Positions 1 to 6,554 of a DNA stretch of 26,320 nucleotides are shown here, one piece after another. Position 1 is the stretch's first letter, and each line of letters begins with the position of its first letter. Made by a program: the position numbers and the translations under genes. Where the stretch lies: positions 1-26,320 of the forward strand of contig JAVYME010000016.1 of assembly GCA_038736825.1 (NCBI GenBank), given 5' to 3'. Under the pieces are notes generated by a model that was not told the DNA's origin, searched no databases, and saw only the letters and a program-made list of their open reading frames with translations. Source of the stretch: Candidatus Iainarchaeum sp. (GTDB taxonomy: Archaea > Iainarchaeota > Iainarchaeia > Iainarchaeales > DTGL01).

Positions 1-1399
1 AGGCTTTTCTGATGCGGTTTTTTGCTTTTTCTGTTTTTGCTATGGCAAGCCATGAGCGCTTGCACTGTGGTTTTTTTGCCAAGCGGACTTCCACTATGTC
101 TCCGCTTTCCAGCTTTCGGTGCATTGGAGCGTTTTTTCCATTCACAATTGCGCTCAAAAATTTGTCGCCTATGTCTGAGTGTATTGCGTATGCAAAGTCT
201 AGGGCGGTTGCGCCTTCTGGAAGGGTGATTATTTCTTTTTTTGGGGTTAAAACGAATATTTCTGGTTCTCCAAAGACTAGTTTGAGGGAGCGCATTGTTT
301 CGCTTGTCTTTTTTATTTTTCTCTGCCATTCTATGAATTGTTTTACCCATGACAGTTTTTGGTCGAAATCTTGGTCTTTTTCTATTTGTTTGTAGCGCCA
401 GTGTGCTGCCAGCCCTTCTTCTGCATTGCGGTGCATTTCCATTGTGCGAATTTGCACTTCTGCTTTGCGTCCATGCCAGTCTATGACTGTGTGGATTGAC
501 TGGTAATTGTTTTTTTTGGGGTTTGCTATGTAGTCATCATATTCCCCTAATGGTTTGAATTTTAAGTGGACTAATCCGGCGGCACGATAGCAGTCTTCTA
601 CAGTGTTGCATATTATTCTTGCTCCGTAAAGGTCCCCTATTTCTCCAAATTTTTTGCCTTGAACAAACATTTTCCGGTAAATGCTGTTAAAGTTTTTTGC
701 TCTTGCTGAAACGCTTGCACTGATTTTTTCATTTTCAAGGAGTTTGGTGAGTTCCAGTTCAAGCTTTTTGGCGTTCAGTTCTCTTTGCGCTCTTTTTTCA
801 CCAACAAGCGACTTTATTTTTTCGTATTCTTTTGGCTTAAAGTATTTTAGGGCTAAATCCTGCAATTCCCATTCCATTTCATAGAGCCCCAGCTTGTGGG
901 CTATTGGGGCATAAACATCTCGGACAAGTTCTGCTAACGCGTTTTGTTTCTCTGCTGGGCGCTGGTCTATTTTTCTCATTTTGTCAAGCTGTGAGGCAAT
1001 CTCTACAAACAGGCTTCTGAAGTCCTTTGCTATTCCCATTATGACCTTGGATAGCTGTTGGTTTTCCAGTTCTCCATAATTGTTGTTTTTTACGCTTTTA
1101 AGCCTTGCAATGTCGTCCACGAGCCCAGTGATTTCTGAGCCAAGTTCCCTTTCCATTTGTGTTTTTTTTTCTGGAGTGTCAAAAAGGATTTCGTGAGCCA
1201 GAGCGGCTGCAATTGTGCTTGCATCAAATCCAAGTTTTGCAAGTATGAATGCTGTGTTTGCTTGGTGTTCTTGTTGTTCTCTGTTTTTGCTGTGCTGCAA
1301 AGAGAACTTGAATGCTTTTTCCACTAATGCAAAATCGCTTTTATTTAAGTGTTTGCATTGCGCTTTAAGTTCAGTGAACGACTGGTTTTTGTATTGCAT
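1..1399 (-). CDS. Long RelA/SpoT homologue (RSH), (p)ppGpp synthetase; N-terminal 466 aa visible (degenerate HD domain + synthetase domain + TGS domain); 3' part runs off the left window edge
   Basis: Absent from the ORF track because it has no stop in the window. The minus strand from ATG 1399-1397 is open to position 1; I checked every codon for stops. Translation starts MQYKNQSFTELKAQCKHLNKSDFALVEKAF. Synthetase motifs: RAKNFNSIYRKM, GDLYGARIIC, EYDDYIANPKKNNYQSIHTVI, EVQIRTMEMHRNAEEGLAAHWRYK. TGS motif: IFVLTPKKEIITLPEGATALDFAYAIHSDIGDKFLSAIVNGK. The HD region reads LAHEILFDT where canonical enzymes have LLHDxxEDT. Confidence 0.88.
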   Translation of the reverse strand, partial: MQYKNQSFTELKAQCKHLNKSDFALVEKAFKFSLQHSKNREQQEHQANTAFILAKLGFDASTIAAALAHEILFDTPEKKTQMERELGSEITGLVDDIARLKSVKNNNYGELENQQLSKVIMGIAKDFRSLFVEIASQLDKMRKIDQRPAEKQNALAELVRDVYAPIAHKLGLYEMEWELQDLALKYFKPKEYEKIKSLVGEKRAQRELNAKKLELELTKLLENEKISASVSARAKNFNSIYRKMFVQGKKFGEIGDLYGARIICNTVEDCYRAAGLVHLKFKPLGEYDDYIANPKKNNYQSIHTVIDWHGRKAEVQIRTMEMHRNAEEGLAAHWRYKQIEKDQDFDQKLSWVKQFIEWQRKIKKTSETMRSLKLVFGEPEIFVLTPKKEIITLPEGATALDFAYAIHSDIGDKFLSAIVNGKNAPMHRKLESGDIVEVRLAKKPQCKRSWLAIAKTEKAKNRIRKA

Positions 1400-1422
1400 A
1401 ATAATATTTTTGCTGGAAGTTG

Positions 1423-1434
1423 AATAAATATATG
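1423..1434 (-). promoter_or_regulatory. Putative TATA box for the RSH gene (minus-strand CATATATTTATT, about 25-35 nt upstream of the ATG; short or no leader)
   Basis: A/T-rich TATA-like element at archaeal promoter distance in the 139-nt divergent intergenic region. Confidence 0.35.
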
Positions 1435-1484
1435 CTTTCCTTGCAAGTCCTGAAATCCTTTTAACAGGCTGACTAAGGTTATGG

Positions 1485-1494
1485 CTTTAAATTG
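1485..1494 (+). promoter_or_regulatory. Putative TATA box for the tpiA operon (CTTTAAATTG), followed by the SD-like GGAGGT at 1527-1532
   Basis: TATA-like element about 49 nt upstream of ATG 1539. GGAGGT lies 6 nt before the start codon. Confidence 0.35.
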
Positions 1495-1538
1495 TTTTTT
1501 GGTATTATTCTTTCACTGCTGTTTTTGGAGGTATTCCA

Positions 1539-2213
1539 ATGAAGTTTCCGATTCTATTCATTAACTTTAAGTGCTATGAAGAGGCAACAGACAAAAAAGC
1601 AGTTGCTTTGGCAAAAAAAGCAGCATTTGCATCAAAAAAAACAAATTCAACGGTTGCCTTGGTGGTTCAAGCAACAGACATCAGGCTAGTGTCAAGCACA
1701 GTCACAATTCCAGTTTTTGCACAACACTTGGATCCAATAGAATACGGTTCTCACACAGGCCACATACTTCCTGAAGCAGTAAGGGCTGCTGGAGCCAAAG
1801 GCACTGTTTTGAATCACGCTGAAAACAAGCAAGAGAATTCTTTTCTGGAAAAGGCAATAGTTCGAGCTCACTCTGTTGGTCTTAAGGCAATGGTTTGCGC
1901 TGAAAGCACAGAGCGAGCGAGAGCGATTGCTGCCTTTTCTGAAAAACCGGATTTTATTGCAATAGAGCCCCCAGAACTAATAGGCGGCGACATTTCAGTT
2001 TCAACAGCCAAGCCAAGCCTTATAACTGACACCGTAATAGAGGTTAAAAAAATTGCACCAATTCCAGTAATAACTGGTGCTGGAATAAAGAATTCAGAAG
2101 ATGTCAGGATTGCCCTTGAACTTGGAACAAGCGGGGTTTTTGTTGCTTCAGGCATTGTCAAGGCGTCAGACCAAAAAAAGGCGATTTTAGAGTTGTTAAA
2201 GGGATTCAAATAG
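1539..2213 (+). CDS. tpiA: Triosephosphate isomerase, short archaeal type (224 aa)
   Basis: FINFKCYEE N-terminus, LNHAENK, IAIEPPELIGG and TGAGI motifs. The ~225 aa length is typical of archaeal TIM. Confidence 0.92.
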   Translation: MKFPILFINFKCYEEATDKKAVALAKKAAFASKKTNSTVALVVQATDIRLVSSTVTIPVFAQHLDPIEYGSHTGHILPEAVRAAGAKGTVLNHAENKQENSFLEKAIVRAHSVGLKAMVCAESTERARAIAAFSEKPDFIAIEPPELIGGDISVSTAKPSLITDTVIEVKKIAPIPVITGAGIKNSEDVRIALELGTSGVFVASGIVKASDQKKAILELLKGFK

Positions 2214-2245
2214 TTTTTTTGTTTAATTTGGGAAGGTGTTTTGTG

Positions 2246-3400
2246 ATGGAGCGCACAAGCGTTGAAGAAATAATGGATTCAAATTTTTTAAAGATTGGTG
2301 CAGAAGAGCGGGTTTCAAAGCTTTTCGGGCTTTTGAGTTCTGCCAAAAAACACCACGCGGTTGTGTTTGATTCCAACGGCGAATATGTTGGAATCACTTC
2401 TACAAGGGAAATGCTTCGCAGGCAAGCGGATTTTTCTCAAATGAAGGTAAGAAGCATTACGGACGAGAACAGGCCGCGCTTGACTAGGGACATGTCTTTA
2501 ATGAAAGCAGCTGAGTTAATGTATGTTTCAGACAGCCGCATTCTGCCAGTTATCGAGGAAAACAAAGTTTTTGGCGTTGTTTCAGCCAATGCAATAATCA
2601 AACAGGCTGCAGAGCGTTCACCGATTGCTTCAAAGAGAGCTAGAGATATTGCTTCAAAAAACCCAGTGGTTTTAAAGCAAACCGAATCAATTGGCAAGGC
2701 AATAACTTTAATGCGCGATAAAAACATAAAACGAGTGTTGGTGTCAGACAAAAAAGGCAATATTGTTGGCATTCTTTCATTACAGGAATTGATTGAAAAG
2801 CACTTGGTTCACGCCACTAGTGAACGGCTTCCCTTTGTTTCTGGCGCCAGAGGGCATTCCTCTGAAAGGGCTACTGCCTTAAAAATGCCGATTTCCAGTG
2901 AAATGTCCTCTTTTTTCATCACAGTCAAGCCAGACCAAAGAGTGGGGGCACTCCTTTCCGATATTGAGGGCGGCCGTGCCATAGTGCTTGTTGAAAAGGG
3001 CAAAGCAGTTGGAATTATCACCAGAAGAGATCTCTTGGAAGCCATTGTGAAGACTGGGGCTGTTGAGAGAAACATTCAGGTAGCCAATGTGCCAGCCCTA
3101 GATGAAATTGACAAGGCAAAAGTGGATAGCACAATCAATGCCTCTTATGACAGAGTCAAGAAAACGCTTGGAATGCCTTACTTTCTTTTAGTGCATTTCA
3201 AACAACATAAAGAGGCCGGTGCAAGAGTGAAGCACTCTGTTCATATTCGGGCTTCTGCTCCTGGAATGAATTTTAAGGCTGAAGCAACTTCTTGGAATGT
3301 GATCACCTCTTTACAGGATGCCTTAAGCGAGATTGAGAGGGAGATAAGGAAAGCCATTGGCAAAAAGCGCAAGAGTTTTAGAAAGGCAAGAGCCAAGTAA
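2246..3400 (+). CDS. Four-CBS-domain protein with a C-terminal HPF/RaiA (ribosome hibernation factor, S30AE)-like domain (384 aa from ATG 2246; the ORF opens at TTG 2219)
   Basis: Four CBS-like repeats, e.g. VVFDSNGEYVGITSTREML, LPVIEENKVFGVVSANAII, VLVSDKKGNIVGILSLQELI, VLVEKGKAVGIITRRDLL. The C-terminus (nt 3071-3397) has a beta-alpha-beta-beta-beta-alpha pattern resembling E. coli HPF: NIQVANV..DEIDKAKVDSTINASYDRVKK..YFLLVHFKQHK..KHSVHIRASAPG..NFKAEATSWN..VITSLQDALSEIEREIRKAIGKKRK. Confidence 0.8.
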   Translation: MERTSVEEIMDSNFLKIGAEERVSKLFGLLSSAKKHHAVVFDSNGEYVGITSTREMLRRQADFSQMKVRSITDENRPRLTRDMSLMKAAELMYVSDSRILPVIEENKVFGVVSANAIIKQAAERSPIASKRARDIASKNPVVLKQTESIGKAITLMRDKNIKRVLVSDKKGNIVGILSLQELIEKHLVHATSERLPFVSGARGHSSERATALKMPISSEMSSFFITVKPDQRVGALLSDIEGGRAIVLVEKGKAVGIITRRDLLEAIVKTGAVERNIQVANVPALDEIDKAKVDSTINASYDRVKKTLGMPYFLLVHFKQHKEAGARVKHSVHIRASAPGMNFKAEATSWNVITSLQDALSEIEREIRKAIGKKRKSFRKARAK

Positions 3401-3432
3401 AAATATTTTGTACCATGACCAGCATATTGCGC

Positions 3433-3441
3433 TTTTTTTTT
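3433..3441 (+). terminator. T9 tract, likely archaeal oligo-T terminator of the tpiA/CBS operon
   Basis: GCGCTTTTTTTTT lies 30 nt after the stop codon. Confidence 0.4.
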
Positions 3442-3465
3442 GATTGCCAAAAAACTGGGAAAAAA

Positions 3466-3740
3466 GTGTGGGCGCGCCAAGGAATCGATTCTGCTTAAAA
3501 GGACAGAGTGGCCCACTGCATTCCTCGCTTCCGTTTCCCTCAAAGCATTTCACTTAAAGGCCACCGTTGCTTTCTTCCGAACCTGGCGGGTTCACCCTTA
3601 AGCAAAACCTAAGAGGACAGAAGTTCCTTGTAGTGCAATGGCTCCGGCCTTCCAAGCGAAAACCTTTCCCAAGGCTTCAGCTCCAGCGTGAAGCGGATTT
3701 CCGGTTACAGGGAACCGCTGCCTCCCCAGCCTAGCCCACA
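3466..3740 (-). ncRNA. Signal recognition particle RNA (archaeal 7S RNA, ~275 nt; ends approximate)
   Basis: The minus strand begins GUGGGCUAGGCUGGGGAGGCAGCGGUUCCCUGUAACCGGAAAUCCGC (archaeal Alu-domain-like 5' end). It contains the helix-8 signature GGGUGAACCCGCCAGGUUCGGAAGAAAGCAACGGUGGCC (plus coordinates 3559-3597). The 3' end GCGCGCCCACAC pairs with the 5' GUGGGC and is followed by UUUUU. This is a GC-rich island in an AT-rich context. Confidence 0.9.
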
Positions 3741-3760
3741 AATAATTTAGGGCGAGAGAA

Positions 3761-3770
3761 GCTTTTAATT
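3761..3770 (-). promoter_or_regulatory. TATA box of the SRP RNA gene (minus-strand AATTAAAAGC, centred about -26 from the predicted 5' end)
   Basis: Spacing to the predicted RNA 5' end (about 3740) fits archaeal TATA-to-TSS distance. Confidence 0.5.
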
Positions 3771-3816
3771 GTTGGCTTTTTTTTGAAGGGATTTCTTCAC
3801 GCTTTTTGCATTATTT

Positions 3817-4209
3817 TCATTGGTTTGAGTCTTGTTCTGTTTTCTTTTTGGCTTCAGTTTCTGCTTTGGCTAGCAATTCCTGTTGCTTTTCGGCTAGTTC
3901 TCTTAGTTTTTCGGGTGGAATGTCTTCCATTGTTTCCATGGCCTGTTTTATTCCGTATTCAAGTACTGCTTTTTTCCATTCCTTGTAAAGGTTTGATTTT
4001 TTGAAGAACCAGTAAAGCAGTATTGCAATATAGACTGGGCATAGTAGAATTAATGCCAAAGCCAAAAAAAACAAGCCTGGAAAATAGATAATGATTGCAA
4101 TGGAAAGGATAAAGCCCGCCAAGGGCGGAATGACTGCCAAAAGCATTAGAATAATAACTGGCTTGTAGCAAGCCCAAAGAGGGCTTTTTGTTCTCATGAT
4201 TAGTTTCAT
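3817..4209 (-). CDS. Hypothetical small membrane protein (about 3 TM helices + C-terminal charged helix), downstream of kbl
   Basis: Hydrophobic stretches VIILMLLAVIPPLAGFILSIAIIIYFPGLFFLALALILLCPVYIAILLYWFF, then EK-rich LRELAEKQQELLAKAETEAKKK. ATG start. No family recognised. Confidence 0.6.
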   Translation of the reverse strand: MKLIMRTKSPLWACYKPVIILMLLAVIPPLAGFILSIAIIIYFPGLFFLALALILLCPVYIAILLYWFFKKSNLYKEWKKAVLEYGIKQAMETMEDIPPEKLRELAEKQQELLAKAETEAKKKTEQDSNQ

Positions 4210-4250
4210 AGTAATTTAAATAGTGCTCTTGCATTTTTAAATAGTTTTTC

Positions 4251-5435
4251 TTATTTTAGCACTCTTAATTCTTTTCCGATTTTTTCGAATTTTTCTAGGG
4301 CTATGTTCAAGTCTTCTTTTGAGTGTGCTGCTGAAACCATTGTTCTAATGCGGGCTTTGTCTCTTGCCACCATTGGATAAATTATGGGCAAAGCGAAAAC
4401 GCCTTCTTTGAAGAGCTTGCTGCTGAATTCTACTGCAATTGCGCTTTCCCCGAGCATTACTGGAGTTATTGGTGTTTCGCTTTCACCTGTGTCAAACCCA
4501 AGCCCTTTCAGTTTCTTTTTAAAGTATGCAGTGTTTTTCCACAGTTTTTTCACCAAGGAATCGTTTTTTTCAAGCAATTGCAGCGAGGCAATGCATGCTG
4601 CCACTGTTGCCGGCGGCGATGAACCGCTTAAAAGCCAGGTTCTGCTCTTGTTGTATGCAAAATCGCATATTTCTTTTTTTCCGCAGAGATAGCCGCCCAT
4701 TACGCCGAAGGCTTTGCTGAATGTGCCCATTTCAAACTCGATTTTTCCCTTTAAATTGAAGTGGTGGACTATCCCTTTTCCTTTTTTGCCTAAAACGCCA
4801 TCCCCGTGTGCGTCATCAACGTAAACCATTGCATTGTGTTCGTGGGCTATTTTTTCTATTTTGTCCAAGGGCGCTATGTCGCCATCCATGCTGAAAACGC
4901 CGTCTGTAACCACGAGTTTTTTTCCATAATTTTTTTTGTCGCTTTCTTCCAATAATTCTTTTAGTTTTTCCGTGTTTTTGTGTGGAAATATTTGCCTTTC
5001 AGCCTTGCTCAGCCGCATGCCGTCTATTATGCTTCCATGGTTTAATTCATCGCTTAATATTAGGTCTCCTTCTAACATCATTGCCGGAATCATTCCAGCA
5101 TTGACTGCAAAACCTGTTTGATAGTATGTTGCTGCCTCGGTTTCCTTGAATTTTGCTATTTCTTTTTCCAGTTTCAAGTGCAATTCCATGGTGCCAGCGA
5201 TTGCTCTGACCGAGCCAGAGCCAGCGCCATATTTTTTGACTGCCATAATGGCTGCTTTTTTTAGCACGGGGTGATTGCTTAAGCCAAGATAATTGTTTGA
5301 GCATAAAATTATGGCTTTTTTTCCATCTATTTTGCCTCTTGCCCCTGAAGCGCTTTGAAGGCTTCTAAGATTCCATTCCAGTTTTTTTTCTCTCAATTCT
5401 TTCATTGCATTTGAAAAGAATTCCTCTCCAACCAT
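4251..5435 (-). CDS. kbl: 2-amino-3-ketobutyrate CoA ligase (glycine C-acetyltransferase), PLP-dependent
   Basis: Alpha-oxoamine synthase family: SNNYLGLSNHP, DELNHGSIIDG, VDDAHGDGVLG, and PLP-lysine motif GTFSKAFG. Divergently paired with tdh, which favours Kbl over BioF. Confidence 0.88.
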   Translation of the reverse strand: MVGEEFFSNAMKELREKKLEWNLRSLQSASGARGKIDGKKAIILCSNNYLGLSNHPVLKKAAIMAVKKYGAGSGSVRAIAGTMELHLKLEKEIAKFKETEAATYYQTGFAVNAGMIPAMMLEGDLILSDELNHGSIIDGMRLSKAERQIFPHKNTEKLKELLEESDKKNYGKKLVVTDGVFSMDGDIAPLDKIEKIAHEHNAMVYVDDAHGDGVLGKKGKGIVHHFNLKGKIEFEMGTFSKAFGVMGGYLCGKKEICDFAYNKSRTWLLSGSSPPATVAACIASLQLLEKNDSLVKKLWKNTAYFKKKLKGLGFDTGESETPITPVMLGESAIAVEFSSKLFKEGVFALPIIYPMVARDKARIRTMVSAAHSKEDLNIALEKFEKIGKELRVLK

Positions 5436-5444
5436 TGCCTTTCA

Positions 5445-5469
5445 CCTTGCAAATTTGTTGTGTGCAAGG
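5445..5469. promoter_or_regulatory. Inverted repeat CCTTGCA-N11-TGCAAGG in the kbl/tdh divergent promoter region (candidate operator)
   Basis: Perfect 7-bp arms at 5445-5451 and 5463-5469. A TTTGCAAA palindrome sits immediately before the tdh ATG. Confidence 0.3.
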
Positions 5470-5510
5470 TTTTTATTGCTTTATTTTGTTTTCAATAATG
5501 TGTTTGCAAA

Positions 5511-6545
5511 ATGAAAGTTGTTTTAAAATCAAAACCAGGCAAGGGGCTTGAACTCTCAAAAGTGGAAAACCCTTTTCCAAAAAAAGGCGAGCTTTTGGTT
5601 AAAGTAATGGCTGCCGGCATTTGTGGAACCGACTTGCACATTTATGAGTGGAATGAATGGGCTCAGTCAAGGATTAAGCCCCCACTGGTTGTGGGACACG
5701 AGGTTGCCGGCAAAATAGTTGAATTGGGTGAAGGGGTTTCTGGTTTTGAAATTGGAGACCTTGTTTCAGTTGAAACCCATGTTTTTTGCGGCAAATGCTT
5801 TCAATGCCTTTCAGGCAACAAGCACATTTGCGAGAAAATGAAGATTTTTGGAGTTGACATGAACGGGGTTTTTGCAGAATACGCTGTTGTTCCAGCCCAA
5901 AATGCCTGGAAAAACCCAAAGAAAATGAAACCAGAGATTGCTGCAATACAAGAACCCTTTGGAAACGCAGTTCACTCGGTTTTTGCTGTTTCAGACAATT
6001 TCAAGGATTCCACTGTTCTGATAACCGGTGCCGGCCCCATTGGGTGTTTTGCTGTGGGCATTTTAAAGGCAGAAGGCGCAAAAAAAGTGATTGTTTCCGA
6101 TTTGAATGATTTTCGCCTTAAACTGGCTCAAAAAATGGGAGCAGATGTTTTGGTGAACGCTGAAAGCGAAAACCTTGTTGAACGCGTTTTGAGTGAAACC
6201 AATGGGCGCGGTGCCGATTTTTTTATTGAAATGGCTGGAAGCGGCAAAGCATTAGTGGACGGCTTTAAGGCTTTAAGGCCTGGCGGGAGGGTTTCAGTTT
6301 TAGGGGTTTTCGGAAAACCAGTTCAATTGGATGTAACCAACAATATTGTTTTCAAGTATGCAACGGTTTACGGCATCAACGGCAGGCTTATTTTTGACAC
6401 TTGGAAGAAAACCAGCGAGCTTCTTGGAAGAGGCCTTGTTGACCCTTCACCGGTAATCACTCACTCTTTGAAGTTTGAGGATTTTGAAAAGGGTTTTTCT
6501 TTGCTTGAACAGGGCATGGCTGGCAAAGTTGTTTTGACCTTTTGA
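5511..6545 (+). CDS. tdh: L-threonine 3-dehydrogenase (zinc-dependent MDR family)
   Basis: ICGTDLHIYEWNEWAQSRIKPPLVVGHEVAG, structural-zinc cysteines CGKCFQCLSGNKHIC, EPFGNAVH, GAGPIG Rossmann motif. Confidence 0.92.
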   Translation: MKVVLKSKPGKGLELSKVENPFPKKGELLVKVMAAGICGTDLHIYEWNEWAQSRIKPPLVVGHEVAGKIVELGEGVSGFEIGDLVSVETHVFCGKCFQCLSGNKHICEKMKIFGVDMNGVFAEYAVVPAQNAWKNPKKMKPEIAAIQEPFGNAVHSVFAVSDNFKDSTVLITGAGPIGCFAVGILKAEGAKKVIVSDLNDFRLKLAQKMGADVLVNAESENLVERVLSETNGRGADFFIEMAGSGKALVDGFKALRPGGRVSVLGVFGKPVQLDVTNNIVFKYATVYGINGRLIFDTWKKTSELLGRGLVDPSPVITHSLKFEDFEKGFSLLEQGMAGKVVLTF

Positions 6546-6554
6546 TTCTAATTT

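Noticed and set aside
12-1427. Plus-strand ORFs 12..395, 22..228, 681..884 and 1215..1427 from the ORF track
   Set aside because: All are antisense to the long open RSH reading frame. Their translations are Phe/Ser/Cys/Leu-rich with no motifs, as expected for the complement of a K/E-rich gene.
3241-3553. Minus-strand ORFs 3241..3543 and 3323..3553
   Set aside because: They overlap the 3' end of the CBS gene and the SRP RNA. The region is explained by those features, and the translations have no coding character.
3466-3740. Alternative reading of the GC-rich RNA as RNase P RNA
   Set aside because: It lacks the GAGGAAAGUCC-type CR-I element. Instead it carries the SRP helix-8 motif and an Alu-type 5' end.
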